A stretch of 64,000 bases of DNA from Glaucostegus cemiculus (lineage: Eukaryota): NCBI GenBank assembly GCA_976551045.1, contig CDPCPM010000026.1, positions 2,232,001-2,296,000 on the forward strand, in the 5' to 3' direction. Both the position numbers and the translations under genes were made by a program. Below the pieces are notes generated by a model, which saw nothing but the letters and a program-made list of their open reading frames with translations, ran no database searches and was not told the origin of the DNA. Below are positions 1-12,089 of the stretch, in pieces. Position 1 is the first letter of the stretch, and each line of letters opens with the position of its first letter.

Positions 1-1460
1 TTGATTGGCACAGAAGAGCAGAGGGAATGGTCCTGTTGAAATGGAGGGGAATATGTACCTGTGGGAGGGTGGAACCTTGTTGGAGTTGGTGAAAATTGTG
101 AAGTTGTTGAAAATCGTTGAATGCAGATGCTGGTGGGGTAAAGGGTGAGGTCCAGGACAACTCTGCCCTTGCTCTGTTTAGGAGAAGGGGGGGGGGTGAG
201 AACAGAGGTGTGGAACATGGATGAGATCTGGTCACATGCTCTGACCACTTGGTAGAGGAGAAGCCCAAGTTCAGGAGGGAGGAAGAGATTTCAGAGACAC
301 CTGTGCAGAACATCTCATCATCAGAGCAAATAGAACGGAGCCAGAGGAACTGGGAAAATAGAATGGAATCCTTACAGGAGGCAGGGTGGGAGGAAGTACA
401 GTCAGGATAGCTGTGGGAATCTGATAGCTTGTAACGGCTAATTGCGACTTGCCTATCGTATGAGATGGAAACAGAGACCCAGAAAGGGAACAGAAGAGTA
501 GAGGTGGACCAGGTGATGGTGCAAGCAGGATAGAAATTGCCAGCAAAAGTGATAGAACATAGATACCTACAGCACAATTCAGGCCCTTCGGCCCACAATG
601 CTGTGCCGAACATGTCCCCACACTATTAGGCTTACCCATAGCCTTCTATCTTAATTACCTCCATGTACCTATCCAACAGTCTCTTGAAAGACCCTAACGT
701 ATCTGCCTCCACCGTCATCTCCAGCAGCCCATTCCACGCACTCACCACTCTCTGAGTAAAAAAACTTACCCCTAACATCTCCCCTATATCTTCCCCCCAG
801 CACCTTAAACCTATGTCCTCTTGTGGCCACCATTTCAGCCCTATGTGATGATATTTTCACATTCTGGGTGAGTGCAGGAAGCTGCACCAATGCAATACGA
901 GACAAGGAGTTGGGACACCTGGACCTGGGTAGGACTGAGTGTTCCTGTAACCCACAAAAAAGACAGGCATAGCTTGGGCCCATGTGACTGCCCATCACTA
1001 CACCTTTGGTCTGGAGGAAGTGAGTGGAGCTGAAAGAGAACTTGTTTGAAAATTGTGCAGACAAATTCAGCCAGGCCCTCAGACTCCGCTGATGCGGGAT
1101 GGAGGTGTGGAGCGATTGTATGCCCTTCTATACAAAGATGAACTGGTTGGGACCAGGGAATTGGAAACTGTCAAAGTGGTAGAGGGCATCCACAGTGTTA
1201 CAGATGTAAGCGGGGAGGGACTTGTTCAGCAGAGTAAGGATGGAATCAAGGTAGTAATGTTTGGTGGGGCATAAACAAACTGAAGTAATGGAGTCTGCCT
1301 GGACAGCCCTGTTTGTGATCTCAGGCAGAAGGTAGAAGTGGGCTGTGTAGGACTGGGCACTACAAGGTTGGAAACTGGAGGTTAAGGTCACCTGAGGAAA
1401 TAAGGTCTGTGACTATATGTGAGACAATGGCCTGATGTTCAGTGGTGGGGTCATGGTCCA
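1..1460 (-). mobile_element. Degenerate Penelope-like element (RT region), interrupted by a CR1 fragment
   Basis: The minus strand encodes FSFSSTHFLQTKGVVMGSHMGPSYACLF, a PLE RT motif (typically Q..GVAMG..MGPSYACLF). Many stops and frameshifts. Confidence 0.8.
554..843 (-). mobile_element. CR1 LINE 3' end, 5'-truncated
   Basis: Encodes TRGHRFKVLGGRYRGDVRGKFF (CR1 ORF2 C-terminus), followed by the 3' UTR gggccgaagggcctg...ctatgttcta on the minus strand. Confidence 0.85.
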
Positions 1461-1989
1461 TGGATGTGTCTGAGAGCTGATGTTCTTAGTGAGTAGAGTG
1501 CAGCAAGTTCAGTAGTTAGGTTAGAGTGGTAGAAAATTCAAGGTGGTCAATGTCTAATGAGAGAAAGCTTCCGAGCTTAGATGGAGCAAAGTAAAGAACA
1601 CTAGCGAATTCTTCCCTAATGGGCAACAACAACGGGTACTACATTCCATTAAGTTAGTTACAGAATGCAATTCTTAGAAAGGTGGGAGCAAATCACTTGC
1701 CTACCATTTTGACTGAATAAGCCTCAGTAACTTTAATGCACCTCAAAAAAAAAAAGCAGATTGGTTTCTGCTCTTTCCTTCTCTTATCTTCTCTCAAAGG
1801 CTTGACAGGTGTGTGGCATCCCATCAGTTAACTTCATCATATGTGTGCCTGGGCACTATGTGTTATTGAACTATTTTCGGTCATGGAAAACATCGTTAAA
1901 AAACTGAATCTGTTTCCAATTGATGTTCAGAGGTAGGATTTTCCTAACAACTGTCCTGAATGATTTGTTTGTTCCCCCCATAATAAATG

Positions 1990-2085
1990 AAAACAGCAAA
2001 TGCTGGAACTGCTCAACAGATCAGGCAGCATATGCGAAGAGAGAAACAGAGTTAATTTTTCAGGTTAAATACCTTTCATCAGAAC
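1990..2085 (-). mobile_element. Penelope-type terminal fragment with hammerhead-like core
   Basis: Minus strand reads gttCTGATGAaaggtatttaacctGAAAaattaactctgtttctc...gctgcctgatctgttgagcagttccagcatttgctgtttt. Related copies recur across the window. Confidence 0.6.
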
Positions 2086-2438
2086 TTTTATATTTTTCAT
2101 CTCCACAGCCCAAACCATAGTCACTATATTAATGAGACTTTCAAAAGCCCAGGTGAACACCGACCTAAAATCAAACATTACCTCTCAGGTCTATATAAAT
2201 CCAGTACACTTACTTTTCAACACCTCCATATTGTGAACAAATGGAAATGAATTTGCTTTTTTTCTGTAGATAAATGCATTGTCTTTTATAGGTCTGAGCC
2301 ATTCAAATTGCAAAGGTCATATAAGATTCAATCCTAATATTCTGAAGGTGCAAATTATTTCCTTATTTTCTTATTTTGAGAGCAAAGTAAATACATTTAC
2401 CAGCTTTTTGTTAAATGTAACTTTGTTTTTTTTCCAAG

Positions 2439-2524
2439 GGAGGTCACATGTCATCAGGAAAATTCTCATTTGCATCAATGCCAAGTAGAACATCATTCTC
2501 TGAAACATCTGTAACAAACCTCCT
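2439..2524 (+). CDS. SLC9A5: SLC9A5 (NHE5) coding exon, start of cytoplasmic tail (probably exon 11)
   Basis: Acceptor ttttttttccaag| and donor CT|gtgagt. Translates to GGHMSSGKFSFASMPSRTSFSETSVTNL(L), matching recalled human NHE5 GGHVLSSTGLTLPSMPSRNSVAETSVTNLL. Its phase-2 end fits the next exon. Confidence 0.93.
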
Positions 2525-3683
2525 GTGAGTACAAGTCATTGTGTTTGCATGAATTTCTTTCTGCAGTTCAGAGCTGGAAGTTTCACAGTTGTTCATTTTT
2601 CATATGGGAATACCTTAGGCATTCAGTCTTCAGGGCTACAGTCATTGCTTCATTTGGCTATGGCATGAGTGAAGATAGGATGCTATAAACTTCACTCAGT
2701 AACTTGAGAAGAGGCAGTCAAGTGCCAAGGATCTCCATCAACCATGATTCAGAGAATTTGTCATCAAAAAATCTGCTTGAATCTACAGCATTGTCTTTCC
2801 ACAACTTTGTGTAAACAGGTTTAATGAGGTACTGACCCTTCTAGTGATCAGCACCATCTGTGCACCATTTAACTTTAGTCACACATTCCAGATTTGTGGT
2901 TTCTGAAATGGAAACAGGAAATTAGCACCAATAGATATTGTGTTTAAATGGTGTTTTGTAATGTCTGGGTACTGATCTGAGCAGCTAATCATCAATAGAA
3001 GGGAGAAAGAAATAAATGTCACCATATTTTGCCCTATTTTCCGTTCAAGTGACTTTATTACACAGGGCTTCAGTGTGGTAATATTTCCCTCATTGTCGAC
3101 TGAAACAAAAAATAAAATTAAAAAAACTATTGCACAGAGGTCATATATGATCTTTGTGCCTTGTTGTTTCTTAAATGTTTTATTCCATTTCTAGCTTTCA
3201 GTATTCCTCTTCTCAGGCAGTCCCACAGGACCAAGGTTGATTTGCTTCTGATGGAATTCTGAGCATTGAAAGTTGCCTGTGCATGATTTATTTTAACATG
3301 AAGTGATCATTCACAGCCAGTATTACACTGATTTGAAGCAGCATGCCTACTTATGGAGTATGCCCAGATTATTTAAAATTACAATAGTAAATTACTTTGG
3401 ATCACAGAACTTATTGTTTAGTGTAATTTCCATTTTGTCCTTCTCCTGGTTTTTAAGCTCCTGCTTCCTCTGGGTGACAGGCAGAGCAGGTCTTGAACTC
3501 TGCTGTGTTTGCTGATGTCTGCAGCCTACAAATGATCTATGATTTTCAGTCATGAATTTGCTGGTGGAGTTAAGAATCCCTGGTCAACTTTGCCACACAA
3601 TATATTTACACAGTGTCAATAAATTTAAAAAAGAACATCGGGATTTTATTCTTGTGCATTAATTTTGTTCTAATATGTATCAG

Positions 3684-3810
3684 GAGGGAAAGCGGTAGTG
3701 CAGTGTGCCTAGACTTGCAAGTAATCGACACAGTGAGGAGTGGCAGAGATCGGGAAGACACAGTGATGCACCATGTCTTAAGGGAGAACCTGTACAAGCC
3801 AAGGAAAAGG
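3684..3810 (+). CDS. SLC9A5: SLC9A5 coding exon (probably exon 12)
   Basis: Acceptor atcag| and donor AGG|gtaagg. Encodes RESGSAVCLDLQVIDTVRSGRDREDTVMHHVLRENLYKPRKR, near-identical to recalled NHE5 RESGSGACLDLQVIDTVRSGRDREDAVMHH..LYKPRRR. Confidence 0.96.
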
Positions 3811-4374
3811 GTAAGGCATTTTTATAACTACACTAAGAGACATAGCGGTAACCACTCAACTCGAACAGAATGGGCCTGAACCATGGTCAGTTAGCCGATT
3901 GCACCACAGAATGACAGGGATGCACAATTGGCCTCAGTGTCCCAAAGTTAAGAGGAAAAACAAAATATTTAAAATTGGTTCTTGTGATTACTCTGTAATA
4001 GGCCATCCTGAGTATGTATTGAATACAATGTGCGACCATGTAAACGTGTCCAAACCTATTGACTCAATGTCATAATTTTTGAAATTTAGGGGTGAAATTC
4101 ATTAATCTGCCAATAGCATAACTCACATGAATACCAACATTTTTGACCACTTTTAAAAGTTTCCCCCTTTTATGTATAGCAAAAAAATTAAAGTAAATGT
4201 ATGTAATGATATGAACCCAGAGTGTAAGTGGAGAAGCAGCACATGCTGAATCAATTACTGCCTGTACAGTTAATGCAGTTTGACAGTTAATAACTTTTTA
4301 TGTTGTCGGCACTCTCTCTATGTGCTTCAGTTGTTGATTTTATTATGATTGATGTCTGCTCCATGCTACACCAG

Positions 4375-4551
4375 TACCAGGGAAATTACAGTCGGCACTT
4401 CATTGCTCAAGGCGAACAAGAAAGGCAAGAAAGGGAAGTTTTCCAACGAAACATGAGAAGTCGTCTCGAGTCATTCAAATCCACCAAACATAATGTCTAC
4501 CCTTCAAAGAACAAATGCAGACATAAAAAGGAGCACAAATGTCAGAAAAAG
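4375..4551 (+). CDS. SLC9A5: SLC9A5 coding exon (probably exon 13), ending at a GC donor
   Basis: Acceptor accag|. Encodes YQGNYSRHFIAQGEQERQEREVFQRNMRSRLESFKSTKHNVYPSKNKCRHKKEHKCQKK, and the RLESFKSTKHN motif is typical of NHE5. The 3' end is placed at AAG|gcaaga by phase with the next exon. Confidence 0.92.
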
Positions 4552-5855
4552 GCAAGATTCTTTTCAGTTGTATGAAGTTGGTTTTATATTTTAAGGCCAT
4601 GGAACATATTTGGGGGCAAAACATTTTCCACATCTGTTGTTACAGGAAAACATAATCTACATGAAAGGGGTTTGACTCTTCAATTTTCCTGCTCCACAGA
4701 CATATTTTCTTTCAGTGAGTGGTAAACTGAATCATGACTAACAGTGCTCCAGGCTAAAAAAAAATTGAAAGGCCCTTCTACATTGGATTCAGTTTTAGTT
4801 TAGTTTTGTTGAGGGCTGGATTTTCCATATATTAAAGTTATGATCAAATGACCTCATATGAGTACAGATTTATTCAAAGACATTCTCCTCCTCCATTAAT
4901 GTATTATCAACCATAAGATACAGCTACAGCTTATAAAGGTCTAATCTATTCTTGGCTGCATATACATTGTTATAGCAAAATTAATATTTCATAATCCCAA
5001 GATAGTCTCAACTAACAAGCTTCTGTTTCCGAGATCAAAGCAGACACCAAGTATCTTTTGCAAACCTAAGACTTTGTTTACCTTTTCATTCTGCTTATTT
5101 TTTGGTCAAAGTCTCTGAGCAGAATAAGACCAGAAACAAAATTCTGGAAAGGCATGATAGGTCAGACTAGACGTGAGAGAAAAGAACATGCTAACTTGTC
5201 ACCCTTTTAATTTTGTCAACTCTTTCAAGGCAGACTAATTCCTAATTTTAACAAATTTTGAGCCATCAGGGAGAAAATCTGAAGGGATAATTTTAATTTA
5301 ACTCACTGATGGAAAACTAATACGATCACATGGATTTACGTACTACCTGATACTTAATTTCAATGGAGAGTAAAATTGGATAGGACCTAAAAACCATTAT
5401 TTTTATAATTGTCAACTTGGGATAAAGTTACCCTGCAGTCTTATTTCTGGTGTTTTTTAAATACTTTGCTAATTGGCTATATTTATATTGCATTCAATCC
5501 GTCCTCTGAAATGTGCATGGTAAATCCAGCACCTTACTCTCTCTCTTCTTTATGTGTGGTTTGTGTCATTGAAAACTTTGACAACTTACCACTGAAATCT
5601 CTAATGGTTCTGGAATTTGGTGGAGATTTTCTCCTCTAACTCCTTTCACCACAGAAGCTACAGCACTTCACACAAATAAGACATCTATTTGAAGTTTGTT
5701 TCTTCTAACTTTAACGTATGCATATGGTACAAAAAAATGAATTGAATTATGCACCATATTTTCAAGTTAAGTAGTTGAGCTCAAAAACATCAGTGATCAG
5801 CCTACATCTGTTTTAATGATGAATTCATTCAGTGCTTTTATGTGGTTTCCAACAG

Positions 5856-5928
5856 AGGAATGCTGAAAGTGCAAATGGCCAAGTACCTAATGATAAGTTG
5901 CGTCGAAATGTCAGCTGGCATAATACAA
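5856..5928 (+). CDS. SLC9A5: SLC9A5 coding exon (probably exon 14)
   Basis: Acceptor tttccaacag| and donor A|gtaagt. Encodes RNAESANGQVPNDKLRRNVSWHNT, weakly like NHE5 ANAEATNGK. Phase 0 in and phase 1 out fit both neighbours. Confidence 0.85.
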
Positions 5929-6919
5929 GTAAGTCTGTAATTGATTAATTCACTTAAAGTTTAAAAATACATTCTTTCTCTGCACATGATCTTTCTCTGT
6001 AGTTTCTTGAACTCAAGATATTAGATTGAAGCATTTCCCTTAAATTTCCCATTGTGAGATTGGATGATCAACCATTCACTGTCAGTAAATGGCATCAATA
6101 AACTGGAAGATGACCTTTGTAATTCAACATATCCACGCATCTTGCTGCAGTTAGGGGTCAATGATAAGAACGTATCAGGATTTTTTAATGGAAATAGCTG
6201 CTTAACTCTAGAGCATTTATTCTAGGATCCCATTTAGGAAAAGGCTTATGAAGACAAACCCAGGACTATCTCTCCAGCAGCAGAAACATTACTGAAGACT
6301 TGAAGGATCCCTGACCTAGTCAAATCATTGGTGCCTGAAGAAAATATCAAAATCTGGAGAGCAGTTGAACTCAGCATTATCCAAATATCCTTAATCTCAT
6401 TTCTTTCAGGAGAGACTGAGCATAAACTTGAAATTTCAATATTGATGTTTCTTCAGACAACATTTATTACCGAATGAATTTAGCAAGGATTGTTTTCTCA
6501 CAAGGAGATGATGCCTTTTATGTTTATATCATAAATTAATGGACACAGAAAGTACTTAAGATTATGTGGTCAACAACTGAGAATGTAAGAAGACTTAGTT
6601 TCTATTTTGCAAACAATTTATGTTGGCAAATTAAATGGCTCTACTATTCCAGATCTTGGAGTGCAGACACCAGTTTGCAAATTAAACAATTTGAAACCCA
6701 ATTGGAGTAAAATTTCTTCCAAATGTAAGACAAATACTTTGAAAAGTATCAAGTTCTGTACAAATTCTATAACTATTGTTCCTACTTGGACACTGTAACA
6801 GAGTGAAGATCTTGGCCAAGTTATTATGGTCGAGTTGCTATTATTCTGGATTTTTTTCTGGGGTTAGGATACCTTTCATTATTTGCTGTGGATAGCTAAC
6901 ATTTTCCTATTATCCACAT

Positions 6920-7760
6920 AGCATGCAAGAAGATGAGAATCAGGTGTAGCCAATGGGCTCTTCAAGCCTGCTCCACCATTCAATAAAATCATGGCTGTTA
7001 CAATCTTGACCAAAGCACCACTTTCTTGCTGCCTCCTCATATCTTTTGACTCCCTTGTAGATCATATGTCTGTCAGTCTCCACCTTGAATAAAATCAATG
7101 TCCACATTCACAGCTCACCGTGGTGGAAAATTCCAAAGAGTCATGACCCTCTGAGATAAGAAATTCATCACCATCTTAAATGGACAATTCTTTATTCTGA
7201 AACTATTGTCAGAAAGTTCTAGATGCTGTTATGAGGGGAAACTTCCTCTCAGCATCCTTCCCTTCAGCACCTCAGAATGTTATATGTTTCAATATGATCA
7301 CCTTGTTCTTCTAAACTCTAGGACCAATCTGCTCAATCTTTCTTCAAATGTTAACCCATTCAACCCAACAATCAACCCAGTGAACTTCTCTGAACTGCCT
7401 CCAATGCAAGTATATCCTGCCTTAAATATGGAGACCAAAACAGTACGCAGTGTTCCAGATGTTCTCACCAGTGCCCTGCAAAGATGCATTAAAATTTACC
7501 TACTTATATACTTCATACCCTTTACAATAAAAGTCAACATTCCATTAGGCTTTACAATTACCTGCTGCACGTACATGCTAACCTACTGTGTTTCATATAC
7601 CAGTATACTCGGATCCCTCTGTATCACAACATTTTGTAGTTTCATTTCATTTAAATAATGATTTTCATTTCTTCATTCGTCCTTCCAAAGTGGATAACAT
7701 TAAACCACACCTTACCCACATTAAACTGTCTGCTAACTTCTTGCCCACTCACATAACCTG
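6920..7760 (-). mobile_element. Old CR1 LINE 3' fragment
   Basis: The pattern gcctgctccaccattcaataa-atcatggctg is a CR1 3' end. The minus strand reads ALVRT and GLTFEERLSRL. Confidence 0.75.
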
Positions 7761-10161
7761 TCTCTGAAAACCTTTGTGCCCCCCCGTTACCAAATTCTAT
7801 AAAAAAAGATGCTGTGGTAACTAAAAGGATATTGTCAAAAATATGATGGTGTCAGATCAAAATAGGGAGTTGGGGAACAGAAAAAAATGACCTTCCAATC
7901 AGTCCAAGGTATTCTTTTTTGTAACTAACAAGAGTTAATGTTGATATTCTATTCACCCGGTCTTTTGACAGCCAGACCTTTCTTCTGCTGTAAATAAAAT
8001 TTAAAATTTAACATTCTTGAAATCGGTTCTTCCAGTTAGCATTCCTCTATTTAGTGTCATTATCTCAAAGTGTGAAAAACAAATGGCTTTTGCAAGCTTC
8101 GTTTCATGAAGGTAGGAGTGACACAATGTGCTTCACCCACAGTCAGGTCTACCATCCAACACCAAAATGACAATAGAAGATAACCTTCTGCAGTTCAGGT
8201 TTCCCCAAGGTCGAAGGTGACTTCCTGAGTCACTGAATGCATTGTTATGACCTTCAAAAACTACAAGAACTTATGATCCAATAAGTAGAGGATCAGTGAT
8301 TATTGAAAAGCGATCATGCGCATGAACTCGGGCACCTTTATTTTAAGAAATTGTTCTGCGAAAAGCAAGGATACTGGAAAGATTCTGGGGAAACTTGAAT
8401 CTGGCTTTCAAGTTATGGATCTTAACACCATTGAGGCTGCCAGTAACCATAGCTGGTTGAAAATTTAGCAATGCCAATGGTGCCGTGATGATCAATACTA
8501 AGCCTACTTTCACCAAGAAATTAATTCTTGGCCAGCAGTATCAAATATGCAATATAGAAGCATCACATACTTGGAATACTGGAACCAGAGACCAAAGCTC
8601 ATATACAGTTATATTGCATAGTTAACATGAGCAACAGAGGATGAGTGCATTTCTCTGCCCACCCCCTCCGTCCATATCTTAAATAGGGCTTTAGATATTG
8701 AACAGATTGAACCCATCTTTCAACAGTCAAACTAGAATGGGTTACAGTAATTAGCAATACCATAAGTGGAAAAGACAAAGATTGGAAGCATACTCATTTT
8801 TGCTCACATGTGATTCCATTAATTATTTAATTGTCTATACAAAGATTCCCTCTTTTTTTTCAATGATGAACAAGTAAAATTGCACATTTAATGTCCATTA
8901 CACAATATTTCCATAATTTGTTTAAATTCATTCACAATATTCCTAATCAGATAGTAATCTAATTCTTTGAAAGGATTAATCAACATAGCAACACTTTCAA
9001 TATTTAGCAAAGGCACAAATTTATGTCAGCTGTCTCCAGTCATGCATATATTTAAGTTTGTTCTTGTATTTCATTCTGCTCTCATTGTGCAAGAGCATCA
9101 CACCTGGGTCATGAGTGTAAAGGAGAAGAGAACAAAATGGGAACACATAACATTTTAACTGTTGGGTTTCTGCAGCAGGGAGTGGAATACAGGGAAGAAA
9201 GGTTTTGTACCTGGAAGACATACCAGCACAAAACCTGGGAGGATTCACCTCCCCCACCATCCATCTCATCTTGCTCCTCAGTATTAAAGTTTTGAGGTTT
9301 ACCCTGGAGAAGGTGGCTTTTGTCTTTTGACCCCACTTCTCCCCAGTTGGAATATCAGAGAAAGACAGGCTGCAAAAGCCTCAGGTAATTCTATACATTG
9401 GAGCCTAAAATCCATCCACCATTTAATCATAACAATTCTAGGATTGTTTCTGCCACCAATTCTAAACATTGATTTCTATTTCTATAAAGAATGCCCTGAT
9501 AATCATCGTAAAGTTGCCTTTTCCCAGATTCAGCCCATCTTCCCTGCGTTGATATCTTCGACATGCTGGCATTTCAGTTTGGTTTTGGATAGGAGTTCAT
9601 AGTTCTGTTTGTTGCCCTGTTGCACACTGTATAATTGAGCTCTTCATCTTTCAGCAAAAGCCGTTGCTGGAGACAGGCACTGAAAGTATGCAACAGATCA
9701 GTCTTTCATAAAGAATGAGACTTAACATGTCGGATTTCCAGTGACTGTCAGCAAGTTGTTGGCTGAACTTGTTGAAGGAGACGCTGAGATGAATGTGAAT
9801 TATTTAAACCTATAATTTATGCATGTGCAGCAGCATTCTTCAGGAACAGACATGGTAAATATATACCAGGCAGAAAAGGGTTGAGTTCTGTGATAACAGG
9901 TTGCAGGTTCACATATCATGGTTAACCAGCCAAGATGCAGTATTCAACCTAACTATTACTTGAAGTAATGGCTAGTAAAACAAGGAAGAAACTCAGAAGT
10001 TTTGATGTCTTGGAAAGAATTCCTTTAAATTTTCCTAATCCATAGTAAAGTCTTCATGAAGCAGGAAACGCTGGAACTTGCTGGTTCCTGTCTGCTGCCC
10101 AGAATTGCAGTCTGCACTCACTTGGGTAAGATGCAGATGGCCAATTCCACTGGCCCTTAGC

Positions 10162-10304
10162 ACCTGAGAATGGTGCAGTGAGATCTCAGCGACCTGAGAA
10201 TGGTGCAGTGAGATCTCAGCGACCTGAGAATGGTGCAGTGAGATCTCAGCGACCTGAGAATGATGCAGTGAGATCTCAGCGACCTGAGAATGGTGCAGTG
10301 AGAT
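10162..10304. repeat. 30-bp minisatellite, about 4.8 copies
   Basis: Unit acctgagaatggtgcagtgagatctcagcg starts at 10162, 10192, 10222, 10252 and 10282, with one substitution in copy 4. Confidence 0.95.
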
Positions 10305-11363
10305 TTCATCTTCGAGCAGATGTCAGGAAGTATGGTCCTAGGAAACTGCACTGAAACTCTCCCAACAATGGCAAAGTCAAGGGTGGAACACTGTTTTGTG
10401 TCAAAGCTGTGAAGCTCTAATAATTGCAGATATTTAAATGCTATTAAAATTCAAGTCAGTAATTAAAAGAATTACTTTTCTTAATACAACAAAATAAAGT
10501 TCAACCAAGCACATGTCGTCTGAAGCATTAGCTTAACATAAAATATGTAGTAATGACTTACCCTATTCCAAAGGCTTAGAATCCCCATCGAAGTGAATGG
10601 CATCTCTAGTTCTATGCCATGCTTAGGAGTGGAGAGGTAATTCTCTAGTGTAAAGGTGGAGAACTGCAGCAAGACTGGACCCCACTGCTGGACTCCACAT
10701 GGAGCCCAGTGATTGAGCACAGTGACAGCAAATCTACCAAGTTCTATGTCGGCAAAACCTTCGGAATCACTGACAGCAATCAACAAAATTCAGCTCATTA
10801 ATATTGTGGTTTTCCCAACATTATTCCTCCTTCCTCAGGCACGTGAAAATATAAAGGTGCAGTTTCATGTTCCAATATCCCTTGGCGGTCACTTAAGTTG
10901 GTATTCTTTGTGTTTAAGTCAATACATTTGCAGCTACTTCACATAGTGGAAGATCATTGATGAGTTTGATGCTTATTTGTTATCGGTTTCAATATACCTT
11001 CCAGCATATATTTCTACATACCAGTCAGGAATATAAAGGTTGACGATTCCACTGCTCCTTAACCCATAGTTCTTACGATCAGTTCTTACACTCTATCACA
11101 CTCCCTAATGTCAGATAACCAAACACACCAAATTCAGCTCATTTCCATCTTCTGGAAGATACATTCCCCACATACAACAAACAGCATTGTCACTGATGTA
11201 ATATCTTATTGAAGCAGTTAAGGGCCACTAATTATTATGTTTGCAACGGTAAAAGTGATTTATTTTTCTACTTAACCAAGACCAGCTATGCGTGACTAAA
11301 TTATGATCGCCCCTTATGTGCAGAACACTGGAGTATTTAATGTTTTCTTTCTATTGGCCCTAG

Positions 11364-11501
11364 TTCCAGTTTTTGTAGAAGTTGACTCAGAAGATGAGGA
11401 AAAGGATAATCCTGCAAAGCTGAAAGAGCAGGAGGATGACGAGGGGATCACCTTCATGGCACGCACAGAGGATGAGAATTTACAAGAAAGAAAAATTTCA
11501 G
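11364..11501 (+). CDS. SLC9A5: SLC9A5 coding exon (probably exon 15), acidic cluster
   Basis: Acceptor ggccctag| and donor G|gtataa. Encodes (I)PVFVEVDSEDEEKDNPAKLKEQEDDEGITFMARTEDENLQERKIS, matching NHE5 EKEDDEGIIFVARATSEVLQEGKVS. Phase 1/1. Confidence 0.93.
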
Positions 11502-12089
11502 GTATAAAGTGGACTTGAAAACCAAATTAGACACAGGCCCTGATATTAAAAGCAGGATCTAAGGGAGACCAGGAATGGATGAAGAATCCGCCGAGGTCGG
11601 GTGTGGAGGACCTGGCAAATCATTTTAATTTTTTTGCTCTGTTTCTCCCCAGCTGGTAACCAAAATGACACCCCAGCTGGTGGCTGGTGGGGAGATTAGG
11701 GTGGCTGATTACCATCAGAAAGGGAATCAAAGCAGTGAAGAGAGGGATTGGCCTTTGGGGCTTTTGAATGTGAAGAGTGAGGCTGTAATCATCAGAGGGG
11801 CTCTACCTAGCCCACAGGAGGTGCTGGTTAAGAAACATATTTTGTGAAATTGGCATTTCCCACAAACCTTTCCCTGTCAGATCACCCAAGTCCTGGGGAA
11901 TCCATGTAGCAGCAATGAACTTTGAACCAAGTTTCCAATTGTATTGTGTGAGAGCCTGATTTAAATCAACCTCTCAATAACAAGACATTCAGACAGTATG
12001 TTATTCATTACCAAACAAAATGTAGCAAACACATCCATAATTAGTTAGAGGTACATTCTCCATAACTCCAATTGTTTTGTGCCTTTAAT

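Noticed and set aside
10157-10351. ORF with repeated CTILRSLRSH, and a CRISPR-like appearance
   Set aside because: It is a translation of a head-to-tail 30-bp minisatellite. There are no spacers and no cas genes, and the DNA is eukaryotic.
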